From Anthoceros angustus (taxonomy: Eukaryota; Plantae; Anthocerotophyta): a stretch of DNA of 64,000 nt. Below are positions 1 through 12,767 of this stretch, piece by piece (within the stretch, counting starts at the first letter, position 1; the number at the start of each line of letters is the position of its first letter). The stretch spans positions 1,984,001-2,048,000 of the forward strand of contig MU008165.1 in the NCBI GenBank assembly GCA_010909165.1, given 5' to 3'. The position numbers and the translations under genes are program-made. The notes under the pieces are model-generated. The model made no database searches. It saw only the letters and a list, made by a program, of their open reading frames with translations, and was not told the DNA's origin.

Positions 1-586
1 TCCAACTTCTTCGGCACCTCTGGAAAGACTGTCACTCTCCTACTCAAAACGCCCACCACTTTGCGAGCCTTCTCGAGGTTATAAGCCTGCTGTATGTTGC
101 GAGCTTTCTAACGCCTAGATTTTGTGCATCTTTTACAAAGAGGGATTTTGTGCATCTTTTACAAAGAGGGTTTTCAATCGAGCTATTACAATATTATCTT
201 GTGTTGGTAGTAGTATCTAAGATTGGAGGTTGAGCAATATAGTACTTATTAAACTATTTTTCATATTATTTTTGGAGCAATAATTTTAGTGAGATGAAAA
301 AGTTTTGGGCAGTCTGACATATACAAAGTTGACAAATAACAAGTTGGATTTGAGGAAAGATATGTGGAACGTAGAATACATGGTTCTTTATTGCTTGTTG
401 GAGCATTGAAAAATTTGTAGCATTTGGTTACCTTCTTGGTTACAACAGTACATATGTCATTTTTCGTAGTATGAAACAGTAGATTTTGTTCATGAGAACC
501 TTGGAATCACTAGCCTCGATCATTAAGCAGAGGGAACAAGATAAGATGAATGCAAGTTGTGCTTCCAAAACTTATCCCGCATTATT

Positions 587-3500
587 ATGATGGTAGCAAT
601 GCATAGTGGAATGGAACGCATGGAATACAAAGAATGGGGAGGTGGAGAAGTGTATCAAGGAGGGCATTTTGGGCAGGACGCATGCCAGCTAGATGAGGAT
701 AATTTCTCTTCCCAGTTTGTGGCAATAGATACATTTGATGATGACATTGATTGGAATGGTACACATTCGTACACATGAAGTGCTTGAATGTACATGTGCT
801 ACTCAAAGAATACAAAACTTTGATTGTAGCTTGTCTTGTGGACTTTGCTTTTACTTCGCGACCAAAACCTGAGGAGTTGTCTTGCATACTTTTTATGTAC
901 TTTCTGATCATTATTGAAGAAGTGTCTTGCAAAATGTGAAGTCACTACTACAGTTACATTGCAATGTCTTGTGAAGTAGATTCTACTCACAACCATAATT
1001 GCATTTTTCTTTTGCAGACTGTGAAATTACTTCAGAAATACCACCTTTGCCAAAGTGTTCCCCAAAGATCTCCCCAATTATTGGAAAGACCAAAGTGTCT
1101 GCTCGAAAAAAGACCAAGAAAGGTCCTCCGCAATTTTCTTCTAAATCACATGTGGAGGAGGCAGCTTCGTCACAAGAGGACACCCAAGAAACTTGTGCAG
1201 CTTACGTAAAAAGCATTCACTCAAAAAGGAAGATTGAAAAAACAAGAAGTGTATTTCAAGGTAATAGACATGGCTTACTAGAAGCAGGCATTGCCCTAGT
1301 GCCTGCTTCGACTCTTGAAAAGCACGATAAAGCTATGAGAAAGTGTCCACAAGGTGCAAAACGGCCCCCACGTTCTCAACAAACTCAAGATACAAATGGT
1401 TATGAAGTAAGTATTATGGTTGATCATTATATTCATCAATTCAATGTTAAGAATTATCTTGAGTCCTGACTTAGTTTCCTATAAAATCTATGTAGATTTC
1501 TGCTGAAAGCTCTCCTTGGACCTATCCAATGGAGTATGATCAATGTTCTATAGCTTCATGCTCTAACTCTTCAGGAAGTTATCCAAGTAAAGATGATCAT
1601 TATCAGCGGAGTGGGATAGATATTGGTATCAGAGATACCATCAGTCGGGAGATTTGGGATTTAGCTGGAAAGGACCCTTCAACGGCGACACGTGACATGG
1701 ATGAAGTGTTGTATGCGACAAAGCTTCATTCTTCGAAAACATTAGAGCCAAAATGTAGCTCGCTTCAAAAAACAACTGCAAAGGAAGTAGACAACTATAC
1801 TCCAAAAGACAATCTTGCAGAAACAGAGAGTATCAAAAGCAATGAAAAAAGAAATCAAAAGACTGTTCAGTTCCAAAAACCAACACAAAATGGTAAGATG
1901 GAAACCACACAACGTCATGCCATTGTGAAAGGGTATACACGTAAAGGAAAGAACTCTACAACTATGCCTAGAACCGACTCCCTTGATTTGTGTATGAATG
2001 TAAAGAAGGTTGAAATGAAAAAATCTAATGGCACAACAAAAACAAAAGTACCTTCAAAATTATATTCTACATCAAATCAATCTTTAAAGGAGGAAAATAT
2101 GAATTTGAGGGTTATTATGAAAGAAAATATTGTTGCAAATTGTCCCTCTGATGATGAAGAGTCACAGGATAAGCTAAATCCTGATGAGCTTTTATTATTT
2201 TCTTCTAGAAATGGAGAAAATGCTTCAATAAGAGATAATATAATCTTTCAAAGTATTGATCAAAAGAATAAAGACAAAGAGGAGCATATTGTGAGGCAGA
2301 TGGATCAAGAAGATCCGTTCATTACGAAAGGAGATAACTATGAGAAATCTGGAATTCTAGAAACTGTAGCAACACAAGTAGTCTCACCCATGGATTCGAT
2401 AGATAATTGTGACATGTTCAATCCAAGATTGTCTATCAACTCTAAAGACAAAGCTCTAGTTCCATGGGATAAGAAAAATTATGAACTAGGAGAAAAGTTG
2501 TTAAATGACTTTCAAAAAGAGAATGAAAATTGTCTTTCAAACATAAGACCAACATCTTTTAAGCAGTCGGAGAATATCACAGGCTACACCAGAAGGCACC
2601 TATTACGTCAAAGCTTGGAAAGTATCAGGCAAGAATTTGATGAATGTAGACCATTGAACTTGGAAAAGATCGAAATCGAAGAATCACCTCTAGCTAATGG
2701 CTGTTTGTTTGCATCCATGGATGCAAGTGAGAGCATATATGGTGAGGCCGGTATGCCTCAAGGTGACATTAATAACGAATTAGATAGCATATTACCTTAC
2801 AAAAGTGAAAACAAAGCCCATTCATTTGAAAGGACTGAGATAACCTATAGGAAGACATCAAGACCTTGGTCAGCCTCATGTCTCTACGATAATCCATCAA
2901 ATAGTATTGTGGAAAAACATGATGATATTAATCATATATCAAGATTGTCTTACATTAATATAGAACCCTCATTAAAGTACTCTGAAAAGTATGTTAAAGC
3001 TGTACCTGGAAGTAGGATGAATCGATTACAAAGTTTGAAAAAGGCTGTTTTGAAAGATGTGTCTATGCGAGCCGCAAAGCAACAAGCAAATGTTTCAAAT
3101 GTTCACCTTGGTCATTTTTTCGCTAGAGACCAACAACAAGTGGAAATTCATGATGAGCAAGAGAATGTACTTCTAAATAACAAGCAGTGTATTCACCCAG
3201 AGCAATTGTACCAAGCTGAAACTGAAACTGATTTTCCAAACTCACCAGAAAGATCAAATCAGAATGATAAACACATAGTACAAACTGACCAAATATCCAC
3301 CACACATTTTCAATGCAATGAAAATCATAGAGAGCAAGAAACCATACGAGTGTTGACAGCTTATGTGGAATGTCCCTTTTCATATCAAGAAAATAGGCCT
3401 AAGACTTTTGAACCACAAAATGCAACAATTCCAACTCAAAACAAATCACCTACAAATGATAGAGTACTGCTGGTTCCCGACTACAATTCATTGATTAAAG

Positions 3501-6500
3501 ATCTCAAAAATAAGTATACAACTGTAAAGGATGAAAAATCAGTGCAGGATACTTCAATTGTGCAAAACGATTCTTTGGAGCTAACGACAAAGGCACAATC
3601 TGAGGAAACAAATATATATGTCCAACCCACTGAAGAATTAGCCATCAATCCACAACACACAATGAGTATTGTGCCTTTCACAACTAATAAAGAGGATACA
3701 AACTCGCGAACTACTTCTGAAATGGTAAATGTCTGACTTATATCAAGTTCTAAGCTATCGTAATATAATAGAGTAATATCTATGTACATAATATTGCATG
3801 TGTAGGTGCTTCCATTGGAGCTGAAGAATTACAACAATGAGTCAACAGAAATGGCTTCATCTTCAGAAAATCTTTTAACTGATCGTACATCCCTTTCAGC
3901 AGAAAAGTTATCAAGTATCTTATCTTATTTAGGACAAGTTGAGGAATCCAATCGGCGGGTACATTATGTTCATGTTCCTTTTGAATGGATTGCTGCTATA
4001 GATATTTCTATTCATATTAAATGAAATAAATATATTTTTCAGGAAGGAAATGCAATAATGATACCAAAAATGTATGAAAATGTGTATGGAGAGTCATCTC
4101 CCCGAACTGTGCTTGATCATGAAGATACTTTATCTCTAGCCGCATCTTCACTAGTTTCTGCATCACCACCTTTAACATATAGAAGCGAAGGTTGCTCGCA
4201 AGGAGCCTTTCAAGTCACCCGTCATGTTAGTGCTTTGCCTGCCCCTTTTACAGTTTTGGATGGGGTTCGGAAGAAAATGCAAGAGCTTAAAGAAAAAGTT
4301 CTCGCACAAGAATCCCACGTTGTGCAACTAGAAGCTGAAAAGCAAAAAATTATTGTTGAAAGAGAAAATGTGATTCAAAAGTAAGTCATGTTACCAAAAT
4401 CTAAAGAAGAAAGTTTGTTTACATCCAAAATTTCTATAGCATGTTAAATTTGATTATGTCCAGTGTCCATCCAGTGAGCGGGAAAAATTTGGAAAGCAGC
4501 TAGAAGCCACAGCTGCAGAATATAGTGCCGCAATCCAGCATCATCTTCTCCTAAATGAGAAGATGGTAGTAGAAAAAGAGAAGCTTTCAGACAAATGTTG
4601 CAATCTTACCATGCTTGTTAATGCTGCAGATTCCAGGGTAATTGGTTGCAACAATCATGTATTCTCATGAAAAATAAAAAGTAGTTTTATACTTAATGAG
4701 AGGATCAAATCAAGTTACATGATTGAGAAAAATGACTTTGCTTATTTGCACTTTTTTCAGCTTGAAGAAAAAGTAAAGGCCTTGAATGAGAAATGGCTCA
4801 GAGACTTGAGCAAGGTACTTACATTTAGGTTTTTGAAAAATATTATTACAAGAAAAATATTACACTTTAGAAAAATATTATCTAGTATTGCTTATTTATG
4901 TTCTATAGCAAAAAGAGTTATGGAGTGCGGGTGAAAAAACGAAGCGAGAGACATGGATGGAAAAGAAAACAAAAGAATTGAAGGAGCTTACAATAAAAGG
5001 CCTTGAACCACACCTTGAAAACATTTCTGATGTATGGTCTTGTGATATTGATAATCAATCTTCAACAATCAATTATGACATAAGTTCTTTGAATTAATTG
5101 AAAAACATGGCCCACATGATACTGATGGCATTTTTTATAATGTGACTCATAGAAACATAAGCACGAAATAAGGATGATAGAAGCTAGACTTAGCGAGGAG
5201 CATAGAAAGCATTTAGAGGAACAAAGTAACCAGCATCTCATCAACATTACCCAACTCCGTGAACGACTATTAAGGGTAGCTGTAGTGATAATATCCTAAT
5301 TATGCTAAAATAATTTTGAGCTTGATGTGGAAATGTAATGTATGTGCAACTTCAATAGGAACGAGACGACTTTATTGATAAGGAAAGATTGTCTGCTCAT
5401 GTTCGCATGAATGAAGTTGCTGAAAGGTCAGTAAAGATTGATCAATAATAATTATTTGAATTGGCTGAAAGGTTTGTTCCTATGATGGAAAAATAGTAGT
5501 TATAGTGGACTATAAAACTCAATAGATCTCACAACATGTATTTACATGTTAGGTATGAACAACAAGCAATTCAGCAAAGAATGCACATTGCTAATGAGCT
5601 CACCTCAAAGTTAGAAAAAGTTGAAACAACTAGGAGAGAAGAAAAATTGGCAGCTGATGAATTGATCAATCGTCTTCAGAAAGAAGCGGCAGAAAGGTAT
5701 TCATTCTAGAGTATAACATAATCTATATATTATTTTGTTATATAAAAATTGAATAACTTGTAATACATGGTGACATACTTGCTGATTGTTTTAATGTATT
5801 TTGCTTGAAGGGATTTGATGTTCGCAGAGCATGTAGAAAGGGCCGTTGATAAATCCAAGCAGAAACGAGAACAAGAATTAATACTAGAGAGAGATAACAT
5901 AGTTACGGAGCTCCAATCCTTGAAAGATTCTTTTAACCAACTACTTGCTGAAGAGATGAAGAAGAAGGAGAAAGAAATTCAAGCAAGGTGATTCTAAGAC
6001 TTCAAGCATATAACTGATAACTGGTATTTTAAATCCTTGATACTTCTACAGTTGATTGCTCTTGTCAACTACATCCTATTAACTAAAAATATTTATCTAA
6101 GTAAACTTTGGTATTATTTTGGTAGATGTGTAAAAGAGAGAGATGAACAAATAGAACTTGTACTAGAAAAGTTGGATAAAGAACGAGAAGTTGAACTTGC
6201 TCAGAGCAAGCAAGATAGAACCTCAAGGTTAGAAGAGCTTTTGGGAGAAAAAAGAGAACTATTAAGAAAGTTAAAAGATCAAGAAACTCAATTCAACAAC
6301 ATTAGAAAAGACCTTGTCGAGGTATTCCAAAAACTCTTTCTCATGTTGTATTTGTAATATTGAGTTTATGCTTGCGATATGATACACAGAACTAAACTCA
6401 TGTAAAATTCTTCGTCTTCTTCATTTTGAAAAAATGAAAAATTAGGCAAAATTACGAACAGAAAAGGAATTGGCAGAAGTTCATATGCACAACACCTCAC

Positions 6501-7009
6501 TGCAAAGAGATTCTAATTGGCAATCTCACCTTATAGATCAACTAAAATCACAAGTGAGTATGCAAAGAATTGCATGTAAATATGAAATAATTAAATATTT
6601 TAAAATATTATTGGATAATTCCTTATCCAAGTTTTGTAACTATAGGGAGAACAAGAAAGGGTTAGTTTCAAGACTAGAGAAGATGCTCTTCTTGCTCATG
6701 TTCAAGAATATAAGCACCAACTCCATAAATGCAATGTTGAAGTTCAAGAGATGAAAGACCGCAAGGTGCTTCTTCTAACTAAACTCAAGGAACATGAATG
6801 AATAAATATATATTTCAAGCAATTTATTTTAATTTTTCGTGTAGGTTGAAGAACTTGCAGAGTTAGAAGCAAGAGTAAAACTAGCAATCCTTAAGAAAGA
6901 CTCAGTGATAGAAGGGTTGAAGCACCAGCTCATTGTTGCACAAAAGCAAATTCAACAAACTGAAATTCTGTTGCAAGAGGAACAAAGAGCAATAGTTGCG
7001 GAGCTCTAA
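587..7009 (+). CDS. CEP131: CEP131/AZI1-like centriolar-satellite coiled-coil protein with a long low-complexity N-terminus (~16 exons)
   Basis: GT-AG exons chain in phase: 587-758, 1018-1406, 1496-3724, 3806-3958, 4043-4380, 4475-4637, 4761-4814, 4909-5031, then short exons to ~6845-7009 (TAA). Spliced C-terminal motifs recall CEP131: LSSILSYLGQVE; YSAAIQHHLLLNEKMVVEKEKLSDKC; RETWMEKKTKELKELTIKGLEP; ERDEQIELVLEKL; EELAELEARVKLAILKKD. The start codon is uncertain (several nearby ATGs). Confidence 0.8.
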
Positions 7010-8512
7010 TATATTTCTACTATTATGGATTATAGACATTTTCCAAAAGAAATAATCACTACTTGTTGTAAATTAATGATGAGTTTTTCCTAGCGTGTCA
7101 TAATATAATATTCAATAAGGAGAAAAGTAAATCAGACTTAGAGTACTTTAGAAAGTAGCCTAAGACAAATCTTGTTTAATGCAAGTGCGTAAGACAAGCT
7201 TGTCCCTTGTACAAGTAGAGCAACTATACATAGTTTTGAACTTCCATCTCTTAGATTTAGATTATTTTTTCTTTGTATTGTAGAAATATTGTATATTCTT
7301 TTGATACATCTTTGTAATCATAAGTGAGCTAACATAATCAAAGAAAATGATTTTTGGACATATTTACTTAAATATTTTTTAATAGTTATTATGTAAATAA
7401 TGGTGATATATATTCACTTCCAACTCTTCGATCACAAGAAAATTTGAATTATATGATAGAGGAACTTATCATCCTTAAGTTCAAAACACACATTTTAGTT
7501 TGTTATAAAGTTAAGATGATGTGGGATCATTGATTAAATTAGCAATATATTCCACTTGAGCTGGTGTTTGAGAAAGTTCTCTATCCGCAATCAAACAATT
7601 TCAAGTTAAAGCAAGGTTGATTATGTTAATCTTGTTTTCAATGTTATCTTATCCTAGCTTCAAAAAATTATTAGCAAGGATTAACATCATAATTCAAGGC
7701 TATGCAGAAATTAATGATCTTATTTAATACACAAAGAGACTACAAATTGTTTTTGTTTTGTTCAAGATTTTTAGGTTTTGATAGTATTCAATGTATTAGC
7801 TCAGATGCCATAGCTAAGAGCTAACCATAGAAAAATTAAATCATGTACTATGTGACACTATAAAATGTCCAATTTTTTTTTATGGTAGACATATTTATCC
7901 TTTCTCTATATATTTAATAAACATAAAAATCCGAATCAAAAGAGAGTCAAAATGTAAACTCATAGAAATTATATATTCCTTAAATTCAATTCAATACATT
8001 CAAGATCAATTGATTTAATATGAAAAAAGAATTCAATAGCAACTGCACGATAAGAAAAAAAACTTAAATTATCAAAAAGCTATAAAACTGCAACAAAACA
8101 ATGGATTGCCTTCTTAGTGGAATCCATAAAAATGTTCCAACTTCATCAAACTTGGAATTTTATGAAATGAGAATATGTACTTTGTTCCGTTTATAATAGC
8201 ATTATTATATTTATACACTAGATATCATGAATATATTTTTGAAGCATCCTCTCTTCCACTTCGGCCATGATTTTAGTTGGTTCCCAGCTTGGTGAAGGCG
8301 CGTCCATGTTGAAGCCTGGAACAGGAGAAGTGCTGGAAGTTAATCCTTAAGGCTCGCTTTGCATCTGGAAACGGCAGACAGTTATCGAAGCCAAGTTTGC
8401 TCGGACGCTGGTGCCAGAGTGCGGGCTCTGACCTCGTCAACCATAGGCTGTACAGGTGTGAAAATTGGTGCTCAAGGGAAGGCGTTCACGGCGGACGAGA
8501 CAAGGTCGATAA

Positions 8513-11084
8513 ATGTCGGGACTTGATGCCTACAGTGGCTCAGAATTGAACGAGTATGGAGGATTCGACATGAATCAGAGCTCTCTCAGAAAGCTCTGCA
8601 AGATGAACAAACTGTAAGTAAGCTGCACAGTGGAGGAGTGCACACGGTCGGAGCGATTAGGTCGTGATGGGAATTGTCCTGGTGTGGCAGATATATACAT
8701 TGCCCGGAGCTTAACGACGTTCTTCATCTGCAACAGAAGGTTACCAGCCAGCCAGGGATTTTTTCTCTCTGTGTTCCTCGTTGTTTGCTGTGCTCGCGCT
8801 TCGCTGACTGGAGTGTATGGTAGATCAGGGGATATCGCAAATAAAAAATTTGGAGGCTTATCACGGCCTTAAAACTGTGTATTTGGAACACAATGGTATC
8901 GTTTTCTGACAGACATTTTGGAGCTCTTTCTGCGTCGTGTAATGTGCTTGAGCTCATTGAACACTTGCATCTTTTTTAACAGCTATTTCGAAGATTGAAG
9001 GGCTTGAGACTCTGGTCAACATTCGTACTCTTTATCTCAACCAGGTTTGGCGACTATGCTTGGAGAGGTTTTTACAAGATCTTAAGACCTACTTCAAGTG
9101 TCTTACGTTCCTTGTGGAGTTGCAGAATCTGCTGAAGTTTGTGGGAGGATTGGAAAGTTTAACACAATTAGAAGTGCTCGATCTGGCTGATAACCAGGTG
9201 TTCATCTTCTTCCGGCTCTGCTCTGGTGTGGGATGCGTCATCACGAACTATGGCTCTCGCTAAGCTGCTGCTGTATCTTGGTTAAGGTCTGATTTTAGTT
9301 TGAGCAGTTCAGTAGGCCATGTATCTGACTGCACAGATAAAAGAAGTGACGGGGCTCGTGTGCTGTCCATTGCTTCGACAACTTAACCTGTCTGGAAACC
9401 GGATCCAAACAGCAAGCGATGTACGACATCTGTCGGTAAGCCTTTGTGCACCACCTGACTTACACACATGGTCACCTGAATTTCAAGATACTCCAATCAT
9501 CATCGGGTTACTGCTATAGGAATGCCCGAGTCTGCAATCGTTGGACATCTCGAAGAACTATATTGACGAAGATGAGGCATTGACGGTGAGGTCTCTTCTC
9601 GCTTAAATGCATTTGAAGTCGAAAGGCTGTCGAGATGTGTGAAGTGAGAAAACGTGTTTCGTTGTATCTGACATTTCAGTGTTTGGGAAGGTTCTCAGAG
9701 AGCTTCCGTTAAGCCTGCTGCGGGTGACGGGCAATCCCATTGTAATCAGGACGGAGAACTATAGAAAAAGAACAATATCCTTAATGCCAGTTGTACGTGT
9801 ACAAAGCTTTTGCAATGCTTTCCACAAAGCCTGTTATGCTATCCTTTCCTTGGATCCTCACCAGAGCATCTCTGCTGTCAGCTGCAATACTTCGATGATT
9901 CTCCTGTTTTTGATAAAGAACGTAGGCTGGCTGAAGCATGGTTTAAAGGAGGACTGGAGGTAACACCTTGGCCCTTCTCTTCCTGTAGAGCGCAGTCGGG
10001 TGGGTAATTGATCATCAGGTTGCTCTTAGGTAGTCTGAGCCCGACTTTCGCAGGGTGAGAGGGAGATGCGGGAACTCATTGCTGTGGAGGAAGAAAATGA
10101 ACGAGCTAGACATCGTAGAGGCAAGCATGTTTATAGCCACAGTATCATCACACGTGGTCTTGTCGTGAAGAGTGTCTTGAAGTGGAATTGAAATGGTCCT
10201 TTGCAGCATTCAACGACATGGTTGCAACGGCAAAGGCTGAGTACGCTGCAAGAAATGAGGAAGTGGAAAAAGAAGTGGAAGACATGTCCACAGCCAGCAG
10301 TGGGGAACCAGCCGAGAAAATTGTGAGCGAGCAGGATGATGTACCTGCCCTGGAACCCATTCCCGCGGACGCCATTGCCGCGGCAGACTGCCCTAGCAAG
10401 GAGGAGCTGGACGCCACAGCAGGCATCCAAACAGAGGCCGGGGACCATGGTCACATCCATCCACAGGAAGCCGGAGACTGCAACAAACCCAACAATCAAG
10501 TGAAGGCGAACAGCGAGGACATAGCAGACATCACAACGCTGCTATGGGAAACCACGGACAACGCCATATCTTCAATCGACGACGAGGAAGCGCTGGAGCA
10601 GCAGAGACTGGAAGAATCTGAAAGAGTCCAGAGAGTCGCCAAGTACGCGGAGCTGATGGCCGTGAACGCAGAGAGGGAAAGGGAGTTCAAGCGAGAGCTC
10701 CAAGAACGTGCCTTGCGCAGAGCTGCAACTGCCACAGAGGAGAAGTTCGGCGGGCTGGCACAGGGCCGGAGAACCTCCACCGACGCGGACGACGACGACC
10801 CTGCTCTGCTGACCCCGAGGCCGGTCATTTGGGGCACAGCGAAGTACCGCGACCTGTGGCTGCAGGCTCTGGCACTGGACGACGAAATGCCCTCGGCAGA
10901 CGAGACCAGCTCCTCCTGCGACACGGACGAAGAGTGCAACAGCGCTGGCGAGCCCCACGACGCCGAATGCTCCTCGTCTGCCGCCGCCGACGAGCCCGCT
11001 CTCGAAGATGGAGCTCCTCTCCCTGCACAGGAGCTGAAGGAATCTGACGAGACTGCCAGTTCGCAGGGCCTAGATAGCGTTTGA
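8513..11084 (+). CDS. DNAAF1: Dynein axonemal assembly factor 1 (LRRC50/ODA7)-like LRR protein
   Basis: ATG 8513 follows an in-frame TAA. Approximate exons: 8513-8613, 8691-8739, 8829-8895, 8983-9044, 9126-9197, 9337-9435, 9520-9585, 9692-9792, 9882-9959, 10054-10120, 10207-11084. Product: [39 protein letters not shown]..., SDS22-type LRRs, LRRcap (GNPIV...[43 protein letters not shown]), then an acidic tail. Confidence 0.88.
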
Positions 11085-12767
11085 CAGGTAGGTATGTGTT
11101 TTTTTGTTTTCACAGTTTAGATCTACCTATTGATGAAACCAGAAGTGAGAGCCGAATGACTGAAATGTGAAATACCTACGCGTGCAGGTGTGAGAGCCGG
11201 CTTGGAGCAGGCAGTGAAGTGGAGTACGGAGATCGTCCAGGTGCGGACCTGTTTGGAAGGGACATGCATGTAGAATGTATGGGCTGGGCTGTTGTGGTTT
11301 GGATAGGATGTGTATGTAATTTGGAGTTGGCGACCTGCCGTATGGCATGAACCTTCACGAGCCACATGGCGGGGTCAGGGTCTATGTCTATCCTTGATTC
11401 GGACTGGGTGACAGATTTTCGCGGACTGGAATGGTGAGGCCAACCAGTGACGAGAGAGGTACTTGTGCAATGTAGCGCGTGGCCTGGATTTTGAGGCGGA
11501 ATCTGGTTGTTTTCGCAATTTTGCACGCAAATAGAATGTCCTATGGGTGGGGTGACTTGGAAGTGGCCCACGATCAGCATGCATGTACCATGTTACATGC
11601 AAATGTGTGTTAACATGTGAGGAGTTGATTTGAAGGGAAGGAAAGTCGAAGCTTCGGTGGGTCACGGGGGAACCAAGCGGCCGTCTGGGTGGCTCTTGAG
11701 TAACGTAAGGTAAGGAGGTAATGCGGTCCCCGTTCACACGGCCGCCTGGCTGTGGAGGAGTACAAAGGTGGTGATGGATGCGTATGTCTCTTCACTCTGC
11801 TGCCTGCCTTGCTCCTGGGTCTGCCATCGCATCTCATCGCGCGCCTCGGCTGGGGCTCGGGCTGGGTCTGGGTGTGGTCGGGTTTGTCTCGCTTGTCGGC
11901 CTTGAGTGCGGGGTGCGCTTGCCTGCCTGCCTGCCTGCCTGCCTCTTTGCTTGCACGACCGCTGCTGCCGGAAGGGCGGCTCGCGGGCGGGGGGTGTGTG
12001 GTTTGGTGGCTTTCAGGCTCCGTTTCGTCATGTCTGTTTCCGGCCTGTTGCCCGCTCTCACTGCCCTGCCCCGCCTGCTGCACGCCGGGTGAGATTCTTG
12101 GCTGCTGCCCTGCATTCCGCCCCCGCTGCTGCTGCCGGGCTGGGGAATTGGAGAATGGTTGCGCAATTGCGGGGCTGGTGGAGGCCCTGCCTCCGCGATG
12201 CCGGCGCGCGGGAGAATTGCGTGCTGCGGCTGGCTTGATTGTGCTGGGTGATGGAAATTTGTAGGTGCAGGAGGTTCTTGTGCCGGGATCGTGCCGGGCT
12301 TGGCTTGTCGCTGCTGCTGCCGGGGTCGTTCTGGGTGGGAATCGCTGAATGGTGGAATTTGGTGCCGGAATGGATGTGTGTGGTTTTGCGCGTGGTTAGG
12401 TGTGCTTCTTGCAAGTAAGCTGTGGTGATGGGTCGGGAGGAGTTGGGGGATTTGGGGAGTAAGTCGTGTTATGTGTTGTCGTTTGGATGGGTGGTTGGGT
12501 GGATTCTCCGGGTTGGAGTGGGTGAGGGGTCTGGCATGGTTACGGGAGCCCTGCAAGCTGTTGGAAGGGGGAGCAGGCAGTGGGAGATGAATGAGAGAGC
12601 GGGGGTGCATGGTGTTAGAATTTTGTTTGGGTCTCGTGAGTGGTGGGATGACTATGACTTACTGGTGGCTGACTCTCCGTGCATTTTGCAGATGAACGAA
12701 GTTGTAGCCCGAGTCAGATAAGTGTGGTTCGTGGTGTGTTCCGGGGGTCTGAGGATTTTTCAATAGG

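Noticed and set aside
11610-12610. Overlapping ORFs of 100-258 aa on both strands
   Set aside because: GC-rich low-complexity leader and intron of the yippee gene; no recognisable protein.
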